NCBI RefSeq assembly: GCF_006345805.1
Contig: NC_043021.1
Coordinates: forward strand, 11,532,001-11,596,000
DNA from: Octopus sinensis
Taxonomy: Eukaryota
Reading direction: 5' to 3'
DNA length: 64,000 bases
Made by a program: the position numbers and the translations under genes
Shown here: piece by piece, positions 1 through 14,043 of the stretch
Layout of the letters: every line of letters starts with the position of its first letter
Position numbering within the stretch: position 1 is the first letter of the stretch
The notes under the pieces: generated by a model
The model's database searches: none
Told to the model about the DNA's origin: nothing
The model's input: the letters and a program-made list of their open reading frames with translations, nothing else

Positions 1-259
1 AATGGTTAAGTCTTTTTGCTGTGTAACTTTAAAACAGATGCAAACACATTGTTACTTTGTTTGTAAGCATTAAAAGAAAAAGAAAAAGACAGAAAAACGT
101 ATTGGTCCCTGGTGTCAGGCAAGTACCCTGTCTTATTCCTGTCTACAAAAGGAGCTCTTAGGAAATGGTTATTCACATCAAGCATAAACTAACACCTCTC
201 CTTAATCTCACCTACAACATGGGAGGCAGGACTAAGGAGAGATGTTAGCTAGTACATAC

Positions 260-354
260 CTGGTTTCCTGCGACATACAAAGTAGGTGAGTCTGTCAGTC
301 AACTCATACTGGCACTCTATCAAACGGTTGGCAAGATCTGTGTACTTCTCCTCC
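260..354 (-). CDS. GIT2: GIT coding exon 7 ([31 protein letters not shown])
   Basis: ctacag acceptor, G|GTATGT donor, 95 nt; [10 protein letters not shown] is a GIT hallmark. Not present in the ORF track. Confidence 0.93.
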
Positions 355-2172
355 CTGTAGGTTGAGAAAGAGAAGAATGAAATATAAGTGTTTTAGAGAG
401 AGATAAAGAGAGAATATAAATATACATTGAGAAATAAAGGATTTCCCCTGACCTCATCATTGCAAATGGAATTTCTCAGCCATCCATGTTTACCAGTTTG
501 TGTGTGAAATGTGTGTGTGTGTATACAGGGTGATTCAAAAGTCACCATACATAGGAAAAATTAAGTTTTTTATAAGAAACAGTTAAATAAAAAACTGTTT
601 CTTATAAAAAAAATAAATTGTTCTTATGTGTGGTGACTTTTGAATCACCCTGTATATATTAAAGTGGAGGTGGTGGTGGTGGGGACAAACACATATACGA
701 CGGGCTTCTTTCAGTTTCCATTTACCAAAATCCACTCACAAGACTTTGGTTGGCCTGAGGTTATAGTAGAAGACACTTGCTCAGGATGCCACGCAGTGGG
801 ACTGAACTCAGAACCATGCAGTTGGTAAGCAAGTTACTTACCACACAGCCACTTCTGCACCCATACTTTTTTAATTAAAGTATATATTAAAGTACAAGTG
901 AGGATATATTAACCTCAGAGGGATAGAAATATCCAAGATTAAACTGGTTGAATACCTAATAATGTAGGCTCACACACACACATATATATATTATTCAGCG
1001 CCGCCCCGACTGGCTTCCGTGCCGGTGGCACGTAAAAAGCACCATCCGATCGTGGCCGTTTGCCAGCCTCGTCTGGCACCTGTGCCGGTGGCATGTAAAA
1101 AGCACCCACTACACTCATGGAGTGGTTGGCGTTAGGAAGGGCATCCAGCCGTAGAAACATTGACAGATCAGACTGGGCCTGGTGCAGCCTTCTGGCTTCC
1201 CAGACCCCAGTTGCACCGTCCAACCCATGCCAGCATGGAAAGCAGACGCTAAACGATGATGATGATGATGATGATGATGATATTATAAAAACCAAGAGAG
1301 AAGATAGAGATAAGATTAATAAAAATTTATTAATATATTGACAAGACCTACAATTGTTTCAATTCCTCACTTATAGCATAAAATCAATGAAATTTAATTT
1401 AATTAAATCAATTTGGTTAATTATTATAAGCCACAATTTGGTTGATTTTACGCTAAAAGCGAGAAAGTGAAACAATAGTAGGTTTTGACAATGTATTAAT
1501 AAATTATGTAGTCGTATCGGGGTACTTGCCTAGCGTAATCAATAGGGGTTTTCCGGTTAGCATCGAGACATCCAGGGTCTGCGCCGTAAACAACAAGCAG
1601 CTCCACCTGTGACGTCTGACCAGCAGCAGCAGCCACATGGAGGGGACAGTTGTTCTTTTCCTGAAACAAACAAAAAACACAAAGAAATGAGATAAAAACA
1701 AAAAAAAAAAGAGATAAACTGAGAGTGGAAACAGAATAACTGCAGTGGTGGTGGAGTGTAGTGGTGGTGGTGTGTAGTGGAGGTGGTGGTGGTGGTAGTG
1801 GTGTTGTGTAGTGGAGGTGGTGTGTAGTGGTGGTGGTGTGTAGTGGTGGTGTGTAGTGGAGGTGGTGGTGGTGTGTAGTGGTGGTGGTGTGTAGTGCCAC
1901 TGTGCATTTTGCCCCATGTGTTAATGATTCTGCCAGCTCACCACCTTAAATATAATAATAATCCTTTCTACTATAGGCTCAAGGCCTGAAATTTTGGGGA
2001 AGGGGATCAGACAATAACATCAACCCCCAGTACTCCACTGGTACTCATTTCATTGATCTCAAAAGGACAAAAGGCAAAAGTCAACCACGACAGAATTTGA
2101 ACTCAGAACATAAGGACAGATTAAATGCTGCTAAGCGTTTTGCCCAGCATGCTAACGATTCATCCAGCTCGC

Positions 2173-2208
<36 letters not shown>

Positions 2209-3379
2209 CACTTAGAGAGTGCAAACCTCCACCAAAGCAACACCAATGTCCTCTCAATGATTAGCCAGATATGATTTTGTAAAATGAGAATATCTGAAAT
2301 AAACTCGACTGCTCTCACAAACGAGAATATGAAAAATGAACTTGACCTCTCTCAAAAATTAATTAAAAAAAAAACAGGAAAAATAATCCAGAATCCTTGT
2401 CCGGTATCGGATCGATCCCAAAATCTAATCAGTGTGTGCCAGTCACGGGGTCAAACATCCTTGAAAGTTTCATCCGCATCCATCAAGTGGTTCTTGAGAT
2501 TATCTTGTCCACAGACAAACAAACAAACACAACTGAAAACAATACCTCCGCCTTCGCTAAGGCAGAGGTAATAATAATAATAATAATAATAATCCTTTTT
2601 ACTCAAGGCACAAGGCCTGAAATGTTTTTTGTAGTGGGGGAGCAGTTGATTACATTGACCCCAGTGTTCTACGGGTACTTTTTTTTAATACTGGAACTCA
2701 GAATGCAAGACACTGAAATGCATATTGCAACGCATAGCATCCAATGCTCTAATGACTTTGCTAATTCCTCACATGACAAAGATGGTGGTTGTTGCTGATG
2801 GTAGTGGTGGTGATGAACATGATGGTGGAGGTGATGATGGCGATGGTAGTGTTTGTGTGTTTTTTTAAGAATACAGAGGAGTTGAAGACAACACGAAGAA
2901 TAGTAGTAAGCAAAATACTCACTGGATTGAAGTAATTAGGGTCAGCCCCTTTGGACAGTAACCTAAGACATGTTTCCAGATTGCTTGTTCTGACGCTAGA
3001 ATGTAATTGCTGCAAATAAATGGCAGAAACATGACATGTTGAAAGAACTGTCATAACAATTCTATACATAGATACACACACACACACACACACACACACG
3101 TCGTTATCATCATTTAACATCCGCTTTCCATGCTGGTTTGGTTTGATCATCCTGACAGGAAGTGGTGAGGCAGGGGCTACATCTGGTCCAATGGTCTTCT
3201 TTTGGTTTGGTTTCTATGGCTGGATACCCTTCCTAATGCCAAACTTGTAAAGTGGTTGGCATTAGGAAGGGCATCCAGCTGTAGAAACCAAAGCAAAACA
3301 AGACCATGGAACCAGATGCAGCCCCTGCCTTACCACTCACTATCAAGCTGTCCAGCATGAGAAACAGATGTTAAATTAC

Positions 3380-3420
<41 letters not shown>

Positions 3421-3591
3421 TCATCATTTAACACCTGCCCAGCATGCTAACGTTTCTGCCAGTTTACCGCCTAGTTCAAAATACATATTAAAATTAAGAA
3501 TCATGGGCATGTTTATTTGCAAAGTTATTGTATAACAAAGCGAAATTGGAAATTTTTTTGGTATTATCTATTCACCATTACACACATTTCA

Positions 3592-3628
<37 letters not shown>

Positions 3629-4466
3629 AAAGGAAGACAGACTTACTTTACTAAGGTCCTCCACTGTTGAAACATCTCCATCTTTGCCTTGGTTTACAAA
3701 TGACAAAAACTGATATTTGGTCCTGATGTAGTGGTCTTTATTTGGACTGGCAGCAGCAACAGCAGCAGTAAGAGAATAAAACAAACAAACAAACAAGCAA
3801 TTAAAATAGCAAACCTTGTTTAATTCATTATTACTCATTATTGTTAATAAAATCTAGACAGTGGATGTGACACAAGGCCTGAAATTTTGGGACAAGGGGA
3901 CTAGTTGATTACATTGATCCCCAGTGTTTCACTGGTACTTAAGTTACTGACCCTGAAAGGATGAAAGACAAAGTCAACCTCAGCGTAATTTGAACTCAGA
4001 ATGTAGTCATGAATGAAATACTGCTAAACCTTTCGCCCAGCGTGCTTAGGATTCTGTCAATTTACCACTTTATTCTGACATAGCTTAATAAAAGTACATA
4101 GTTGCAGGAGTGGCTGCATAATTTTCCTGCATAAGGATCTGATTAATTAGACTTTTATCTATCCACTCTGATGAAGAAGGCTCTGGATTTTACCATTGTT
4201 TATTTGCTTCCATTATTGGGTGCAAATTTTTTATCGTCTACATCAGCCAACATTATAAAATAATTCTGAGCTTTCAGAGACAACTGTCGGACTTGTATTG
4301 CCTTCTCCCCTCTAATTCTTTGAGTTTATGTAATCTAAGGTTGCTCTATAAAAAATATACTTACACTTGATTGTTTATCATCTGAAAATTTTAAGTCTAC
4401 CCTCTCATTTTACATGATTATATATTTTGCACATTAAAACCCAAAATTTTATCTATTTATCTATTT

Positions 4467-4521
<55 letters not shown>

Positions 4522-7500
4522 TATATATCATCATTAACATACGTTTTCCATGTTGGCATGGGTTCCACACACATACACACATGTAAAGAAAACGTGGCGG
4601 GGACAGGTGAAGGAGGAAATTTGGGGGGGTTGGCTTGAGGAGGGAGGATGCCCAAAACCTGGCGAGATAGTGTGAGAGCGGTTGCTGTAAGAGTGAAATA
4701 GATCTGGCCACCCTTGTTAATGGGGGACAAACGCAGATTTAAAATATTGGAATTCATCATCATCATACGCATCATACACAAAGTGTGTGTGTGTATTATA
4801 CACAAAGTGTGTGTGTGTATTATACGCTACTCACTGAACTGGATCGTTAGGATGCGGTTTCTTCTTGCAATGTTTGTTCTGAGATGGATCTAATAGTGAG
4901 TGCTCCCAGATGTTGTTGGCTCCACTGCTGAACAGATGTCGTACCATCTGCAAGAAAAGGGGAGATAATTTGATTAAGATGCCAGTGCAAAACATAAATT
5001 TATGTTGTTACAAGATAGATAAACTCCTCTATTTACATAATATCAAAGTCTCATTCATTCTTTTGTTGTCTTCTTTTTCTTCTTCTTCTTATTATTATTA
5101 TTAGATATATATATTTTGAAGTATGTTAAGAATATCTTGGAAGAAACAGAAAATTAATAAAGAAGTGCTACAACTAGCAAATACTAGAAAATTCGTTACT
5201 CGCAACTAATTAAAAAGGAAAGAAGATGAAGTACTTTGGTCATGTAGTAAGAGCACAAGGTGGACAAAAAAACTATTACTAGAAGAAGAGATAAATGGCA
5301 AATGCTCAAGAGGAAAAATCTAGAACAAACAGGTTTGATAACATCAAGGACTAGGCTATAAAGCATCGTAGGGTGACTGTAAGAATGGCTAAGAAAAGAT
5401 TTGAATGAAGATCCTTGGTACTGAACCGGCTTGGTATTGAACAAGTGATGATGGAGACTACTGGTCCGGTAAGGAATGGTAAATTGAGCCCAGTACATGA
5501 CTGGTACTTTATTTCATCAAATCATGAAATCATAAAGGTCAAAGTTGAGCTTAATCTTGGAAGAATCTGAACTCAAAGAAGCTAAAAAGCCATAACTAAA
5601 TGCTACATAGAATTTTTTTTAATGTTTTATTACTTCTGCCAGTCCTGGCCCCTGGTGGTCCCTAACAACTGGCAGAATTTGAACTCACATGCTAAAGGGT
5701 TATAACTAAATGCTACATGGAATTTTTTTTTTTAATGTTTTATTACTTCTACCAGTCAAAGCACCCCTGGAGATCCCTCCTTATCATCATCATCATTTAA
5801 TGTCCGCTTTACATGCTGGCATGGCTCGGACAGTTCGAGTGAAAATTGGCAAGCCTGGAGGCTGCACCAAGCTCCAATCTGATCTGGCAGGGTTTCTACA
5901 GCTGGATGCCCTTCCTAACGCCAACTGCTCCGAGTGTGCCACTAGCACAGGCGCCACTTAGGTGGCACTGGCATCGACCACGGTCAAATGGTGCTTTTTA
6001 TGTGCCGGTGGCACAGGTGCCAGTCAGGCAGCACTGGCATCGGTAATAGCTGAATATAAATAATATATCAAAATAAATAAAGAAATAAAAAAGGAGAGAG
6101 TGAGAATACTTGCCGCTAAACGTGATGGATTCCATTGTGCTTTTTTCAAGTGCTTCACCTGTGAGATATGTCTTCCAAGGCTGCGATGAACACTGCAACA
6201 CTCTTGACATATTAGCACACCTCGGTTCACTGAAGCCCAAGTGGGATCTAATGAGGAAGCAAAAAACAACAATAGTGAACGGGTTAGTTATCATATAGCA
6301 TATACATATATGGAAATATCAGCAAGGTATGCGCCACACTGGTCAATAACACATATTCAGCATTGGTAAGACACAGACATGCAATTCTTGCCAGTAGCGT
6401 ACACATACAGACACACACAAACTCTTTTACTCTTTTACTTGTCTCAGTCATCTGACTGCGGCCATGCTGGAGCACCGCCTTTAGTCGAGCAAATCGACCC
6501 CGGGACTTATTCTTTGTAAGCCCAGTACTTATTCTATCGGTCTCTTTTGCCGAACCGCTAAGTGACGGGGACGTAAACACACCAGCATCGGTTGTCAAGC
6601 AATGCTAGGGGGACAAACATATACACACACACACATATATATAAATACATATATACGACAGGCTTCTTTCAGTTTCCGTCTACCAAATCCACTCACAAGG
6701 CATTGGTCGGCCCGGGGCTATAGCAGAAGACACTTGCCCAAGATGCCACACAGTGGGACTGAACCCGGAACCATGTTCACAGAGTTACAGAAATATTTAC
6801 AGCTATAACAGGAAAATATATATACACAGTACAGAAATTGGCCATGAGGTAAATCAGTTATTCACGCATACAACATAACACAGAAACTGATCAGTTACAC
6901 ACACACAGACACACACACACAAGGAGAAATTGATTAGGCAATTACACACGCACCAACTGAAACTGGTTATACATAACAAAATAGTAATAATTACAGAAAT
7001 GATAGTAAAATAAATGCATAAAGTCAGCTCACTAACTAAATAACAATAATGATTTCCAATTTTAGCACAAGGCCAGCAATTTCAAAGGAGAATATAAGTC
7101 GATCACATTGACCAAAAGTGATCAGTGCTGCCTTAATGATAATAATAATAATGATAATAATAATAATGATGATGATGATGATGATTTCTTTATTCTTTGG
7201 TATGTCACATATTAAGAGCATTGTCGCTGTGAATTTTCTTTCCTTTTTACCCACCTTTATTTTATTTACTTTTTTCTTTTTTTTTCTTTTTTATTTGTTT
7301 CAGTCATTTGACTGTGGCTATTGCTGGAGCACTGCCTTTAGTCAAACAAATCAGCCCCAGGATTGTAAGCCTAATACTCGTTCTATCAGTCTCTTTTGCT
7401 GAACCGCTAAGTTACAGGGAAGTAAACACACCAGCATCGGTTGTCAAGCGACGGTAAAGGGACAAACACAGACACACAAACACACACACGACAGGCTTCT

Positions 7501-9365
7501 TTCAGTTTCCATTTACCAAATCCACTCACAAGACTTTGGTCAGCCTGAAACTATAGAAGAAGACACTTGCCCAAAGTGCCACGCAGTGGGACTGAACCCA
7601 GAACCATGTGGTTGGTAAGCAAACTACTTACCACGTAGCCACTCCTGCCTATTTGTTTAATTAAAAAAAATTTTTTTCTCTCTCGCATGACTCTGTAAAT
7701 GAACGATTTGTTATATTTGTTTTAATGCCAGTACCACTCAAAAAAAGCACCCAGCACACTCTTAAGTGGTTGGCATTAGAAAGAGCATGTGGTCATAGAA
7801 ACCATGCCTCAACAGACAGAGCCTGGACAGCTCCCTGCTAGCTAGGTCCAGATTAAACTATCCAACCCATGCCAGCATGGAAACTGGCCATTAAAAGATG
7901 ATGATGAAATATCTAAGAGGGTCCACATGAGCAAAATAGTCACCAAGGGGGCCCATGGGTAATATAAATGACTGAGAAATGCTGCAATAGAGGAATCCAG
8001 CCTTCATGTGGCGGCAGCAGTTTGACATAACTCCACATGTCAGCAATGCTCAAGCACTGTATTGGATTGGAAGCACTCCGTCGGTTACGACGACGAGGGT
8101 TCCAGTTGATCTGAATCAACGGAACAGCCTGCTTGTGAAATTAACGTGTAAGTGGCTGAGCACTCCACAGACACGTGTACCCTTAACGTAGTTCTCAGGG
8201 ATATTCAGCGTGACACAGAGAGTGACAAGGCCGGCCCTTTGAAATACAGGTACAACAGAAACAGGAAGTAAGAGTGAGAGAAAGTTGTGGTGAAAGAGTA
8301 CAACAGGGATCACCACCATCCCCTGCTGGAGCCTCGTGGAGCTTTGGGTGTTTTCGCTCAATAAACACTCACAATGCCCGGTCTGGGAATCGAAACCGCG
8401 ATCCTATGACCGCGAGCCCGCTGCCCTAACCACCGGGCCATTGTGCCTCCCCAAGCACTGTATAAGCACATGCAGGAGAGTTGCATCACTGTATGCCACA
8501 TTGGGCTGGTGCAGTTGATTATTGCGGACCAGCAAACCCCACAAACCAGGACCAGTAGCAGTGTCTGGCTTGGGATTTCTGGAAATTATCCACAGGCCCT
8601 GGTGCAAAAGTTCTCTGGAAAGACCAACCAGCTGATGTTCATCAACACCCAGAGTTTCCCTCCCAAGGATGCTGACAACTCTTGCGCACAACTAAACCCC
8701 AGTAGAACACCATGGAAGAACATCCATCAACTGCACTGTAAGCACCTGACACAACTAAGTGTGCCAGATACTCTACCTTGGTTCTTATGCTTCACCCCGA
8801 ACTGCAGCTCAAAGAGACAAGCTGTGGAAAAGTATGCTGAACAAATGGCAACTGCATTTGCTCACTGTTAAGGAAATGCTGGAGATGTCATAGCCCCCAA
8901 CACATGACTATGCATCACTGGCCATCGCAGGCTCAGTCCTCCACATGGCAGAAACTGACCAGCAAATGGACTGTCTGACCAGCAGGACACATCCCTCCAC
9001 AAAAATAGGAAGAACAATTGCTCCATTCTGGTTAGCCATGAAGTGGGACAAGGCATGACAGCCAGGCAGTATTAGATGACAGTGCAATGCAAGAATATGC
9101 CAACTTGACCTTGCTCTTCAGGGCTAGTTTCCTCTCAGCCCATTTCTGATGAGACACACACACACACACACACACACACATAGTGAAAAGGTAAGATAAA
9201 AAGAATTTTTTCATATGGTAAATTGTACTAAAAAAATATAAAAAGAAGGAAAATGCACAGAAATTCTGTTGTACAAAATATATTTTTATGAAATAAAATT
9301 GTATAGTCGACCAGTTTTACTTGTGCTAACCATGACTAAGAAGTTTTCATTTCATCTCTGTAGAA

Positions 9366-9398
<33 letters not shown>

Positions 9399-10273
9399 GA
9401 AAAAACAAGCCAAAAATAGAAAATGCTAAGATAATTTTATAGTGAATCTTTCAGTACCGGTTTCGGTCATTTTGAGACCTTTTCAACTGTAACGATTAAT
9501 AATTAAATTTAGAAAAATTAGAAGAAAAGTTTTTTTAAAGGAATATTTCTATAGTAGTGTTCAGATATAAGTGGCATTCTGCCTTTCTCTGACTCCCTTG
9601 TTTGCACTTGTGTGTTCGAGGTCGTGTGTTCGAGGTCTAATTTTTCTAAATTTAATTATTTAATCGTTACAGTTGAAAAGGTCTCAAAATGACCGAAACC
9701 GGTACTGAAAGATTCACTATAAAATTATCTTAGCATTTTCTATTTTTGACTTGTTTTTTCATATATATCAACTCGTGTGTTCCTTTCCACCCTTATACAC
9801 ATATATATATATATATATATTATATATATAATATATATATATATATGAAAAACCAGCCAAAAATAGAAAATGCTAAGATAATTTTATAGTGAATCTTTCA
9901 GTACCGGTTTCGGTCATTTTGAGACCTTTTCAACTGTAACGATTAAATAATTAAATTTAGAAAAATTAGAAAAAGTTTTTTTAAAGGAATATTTCTATAG
10001 TAGTGTTCAGATATAAGGGCATTCTGCCTTTCTCTGACTCCTTGTTTGCACTTGTGTGTTCGAGGTCGTGTGTTCGAGGTCTAATTTTTCTAAATTTAAT
10101 TATTTAATCGTTACAGTTGAAAAGGTCTCAAAATGACCGAAACCGGTACTGAAAGATTCACTATAAAATTATCTTAGCATTTTCTATTTTTGACTTGTTT
10201 TTTCATATATATCAACTCGTGTGTTCCTTTCCACCCTTATACATATATATATATATATATATATTATATATTA

Positions 10274-10323
<50 letters not shown>

Positions 10324-13300
10324 TTGTTGTGTGTATGTGGAGACGCAATGGCCCAGTGGTTAGGGCGGCGGACTCGCAGTCATAGGATCGCGCTTTCGAT
10401 TCACAGACCGGGCATTGTGAGTGTTTATTGAGCGAAAACACCTAAAGCTCCATGAGGCTCCGGCAGTAGGTGGTAGCGATCCCTGCTGTACTCTTTCACC
10501 ACAACTTTCTCTCACTCTTTCTTCTGTTGGCCTGCTCGCTTAGCCAGCGGGGTGGCGTCATTTGAAGGCTAAAACAATGCAAAGCGCATTATGACCAGTG
10601 ATGTGTAGCAACATCTGATAGCCTGGTCGGTCACAGTGATATATATATATATATATTGTTGCTATTATGCAAAAGTGTTGTAAGTCCAAAATGTTACTTT
10701 TCAGAAAACGAAAAAAATAGTTTCACCATTCCATAGCAAAACTGTTGTGCTACACATTGACAATTTCTAATATCTTGGCATCTGAAGCAGCTGGAGATAT
10801 GACAGTTTCACCAAAAGAACTGGCTATTGCAAGGAAAAATAAATATTGAAAAAAAAAAAAAAGACCACATTTGGCTAAAATTGGACATATGACAATTTAA
10901 CATTATAGCAACGATATTTATGTGAGTGCGTGTGTGTGTGTGTCTTATATACAATAAATGAGCTTCTTTTCAGTTTCCATCTACCAAATTTGTTCACAAA
11001 ACTTTGGTTGGCCCAGTACTATAGAAGACAAAAGAAACCCCTCAACCACTGCTAACAATTGGTGTGAAACACAAGGCTTACACGAAAACTAGTGGAGCAG
11101 AGATGTGGCAGTTTTCTCAGCACTTCAAAAATGGGGAAACATGTATTTAATAATTCTCTCGACCAGAATCCAACCATCTCGGAACAATTGTTGTAAAGAC
11201 CCAAGTGGCTCACTATTCAATAGGAATCACATTACATAACCCGGCAGAGTGGAAAACATGGAAAATTCAACACAGGAAATGGAAGGTTCAATAGAAACCG
11301 AAGGTCTATTGATGTTTTGAAAAGCACGAGTGTGTGTGTGTGCGCGCATATGTGTGTACACCTCTGCGTATGTCAGTGTGTATGTGTGTACCTTTGCCTG
11401 TGCCAGCATATGTGTGTGCCCCTCTGTGTGTGCCTGTGTGCAAGTGTGTTACATATGCATGTCTGTGCATATGTCTGTTTGTATCAAGATACACATGGAT
11501 GTAACTGTGTATGTGTGTGTGTGTGTGTGTGTGCGCCTGCGTATATAATAACCTCTGGCTTCCCTAATCAATGGCACACAAGAGAAGCTGGTCCGGCTAA
11601 CTTATGTCTGTCGGTTAATCAGTAACAAACAGTGTGTATAGAATAAACATACTAGAAAGAGAGAGGAAGGGGTGAAGAGAGAGAGAGAGAGAGAAGGAAA
11701 GAGGAGAGAGAAGAGATGGGAAGGAGGAGAGAAGGAAAGTAAAGAAAGAGGGGGAGGATGGAGGGAGATAGTGGGGAGGGTGGAGAGACGGAATGATGGA
11801 AAGAGAAGGGGAGGATGGACAGAGGAAGAGGATGGAAGGAGGGAGAGAGGATGGTGAGAGGAGAGGGGGAAGAGAGAATGGAGAGACGGGGAAGAGGGGG
11901 AGAGAGAAAGGGATGGAGAGAGGAGAAAGAGGCGGGGATGGAGAGGGGGAAGAGGGAATGGAGAGACGGGGGGTCGAGGAGGGTGGAGAGGGGAGAAGAG
12001 AGAGGACATGGAGAAAGGGGGAAGAGGGGATGGAAAGAAAGGGGGCACTGGATAGAGAGGGGAGGATGGATGGAGAGGGTAGAGAAGGGAACGGATAGAG
12101 AGGGGAGGAGAGTAGAAAGGATGGATAGAGAGGAAGAGAGAAGGGATGAGAGAGGGAGAGAGAGAGAGAGAGAGAGAGTGTGAAGTTCCACTCCTCGTTA
12201 ATTAAACATTCCTTTGTTGTAGTAAAATAGGAACTTTAATGAGCAAGGAAGGGCACTGATGGTGGCTTATGATTAGAAATTCATTGGGTAAACTTAAGGA
12301 AACTGCCAATGGCCTCTTGTGTCACGAACAGCAATCAGTGAAGGGTTTTCCCTGCATGAGAAAAGCCTGTCGTCAAATTCTTTTACAGATATATTTTGTA
12401 CCAAACTGGTTCGATCTAGACATAACCCAGGTATATACAATATCTTTTATCTTTCACCTGTTTGTCATTAATCTGCAGCCACGCTGGAGCGACACCTTGG
12501 AGGATTTTTTAGTCAAATGAATGGACAGCAGTATTTTAAAAAAAAATTTTTTTTTTTTTAGTTAAGCCTACCATTTATTCTATTTGTGTCTTTTGCTGAA
12601 CCACTAAGTAACAGGGATGTAAATAGACCAACACCAGTTGTCATGACTGGGGGGGTGGGAGGGGAAACAATGACAAACATATATATATATATATTGGGCT
12701 TCTTTCAGTTTCTGTCTATTAAATCCACTGACAACATTTTGGTCAGCCTAAGACTATAGTAGTATTAGGCTGACCAAAGTACCATGCAGAGGGACTGAAC
12801 CTGGAACCATGTGGCTGGAAAATAAGCTTCTTACTACACACCCACGCCTCTATCAATAAAGCACATTAAAAATAATTTTCATAACTGGCTTTTGGAAACC
12901 AGATAAATAATACTGGTCTTTACTAATGTTATTGATGATGACTGGTGATTGATGATGACTAGTGATTGACTGATGGTGGTGATTGATGATGACTGATGGT
13001 GGTGACTGATGATTGATAGTGATAATGACTGATGACAACAATTGATGACGATGATTGATGATGATGATATCAGAACTATTAGCATGCTAGTAGCTGAAGG
13101 GATAATCTCCGTAGCTCTTTCACTTTCAGCAACTGTAAGTGAGTGAGTGATAGTGGAATTGTGTAAGTATGCGAGTAGAAGAGAGTATGCGTGTATGTGT
13201 ATGCAGGCATGGCTGTATGGCTTAGTGATTAGGGATATTCGGCTCACAATTGTGAGGTCATGAGTTCAATTCCTGGCAGCACATTGTGTCCTTGAGCAAG

Positions 13301-14007
13301 GCACTTTATTTTACGCTGCTCCAGTCCACTCAACCGGCAAAAATGAGTTGTACTGGTAATTCAAAAGAGCGAGCTTTGTCACATTCTGTGTCATGCTGAA
13401 TCTCCCTCAGACCTGCATTAAGGGTACACGTGTTTGTGGAGCGCTCAGCCACTTGCACGTTACTTTCATGAGCTGACAGTCCCATTGATTGGATCGACTG
13501 GTGCCCTGGTTGTTGCAACCAATGGAGTGCTAGCAGCACTTTCACTTCCACCATGTGAGTGAGGGGAACTGGATGTGTATGTGAGTGAATGAATGTGTGT
13601 GTTGTGTGAGTGTGCGAGTGTATGTGCAAGTGTGAGCATGAGTGAGTGAGTGTGAGAGTGAGTGAGTGTGAGAGTGAGTGTGAGAGAGTGAGTGAGTGAG
13701 AGAGAGTGAGTGAGTGTGACAGTGAGTGTGAGAGTGAGTGAGAGTGTGACAGTGAGTGTGAGAGTGAGTGAGAGTGAGAGAGTGAGTGTGAGAGAGAGAG
13801 TGAGTGAGTGTGAGAGTGAGTGAGTGAGTGTGAGAGAGTGAGTGAGTGAGAGAGAGTGAGTGAGTGTGACAGTGAGTGTGAGAGTGAGTGAGAGTGTGAC
13901 AGTGAGTGTGAGAGTGAGTGAGAGTGAGAGAGTGAGTGTGAGAGAGAGAGTGAGTGAGTGTGAGAGTGAATGAGTGTGAGAGTGAATGAATGAGTGTGAG
14001 TGAGAGA

Positions 14008-14043
<36 letters not shown>

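Larger units (their letters stand above)
9399..9798. mobile_element. Penelope-like pLTR-derived foldback element, copy 1 (~120-bp inverted arms, each with a hammerhead motif), in (TA)n
   Basis: 9399-9520 is the near-perfect reverse complement of ~9636-9760; flanked by TA microsatellites; carries minimal hammerhead motifs typical of Penelope-like elements. Confidence 0.7.
9847..10242. mobile_element. Penelope-like foldback element, copy 2 (near-identical tandem duplicate)
   Basis: Same sequence as 9399-9798 apart from a few small differences, mostly indels. Confidence 0.65.

Noticed and set aside
640-828. Recurrent ORFs such as [28 protein letters not shown] seen as a gene family
   Set aside because: Antisense translations of SINE family A.
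10338-10410. tRNA genes at SINE heads
   Set aside because: A/B boxes are present but continue into repeated SINE bodies; no intact cloverleaf.
11030-11310. Possible Gypsy pol C-terminal remnant
   Set aside because: Only faint, frameshifted similarity; not supportable without a search.
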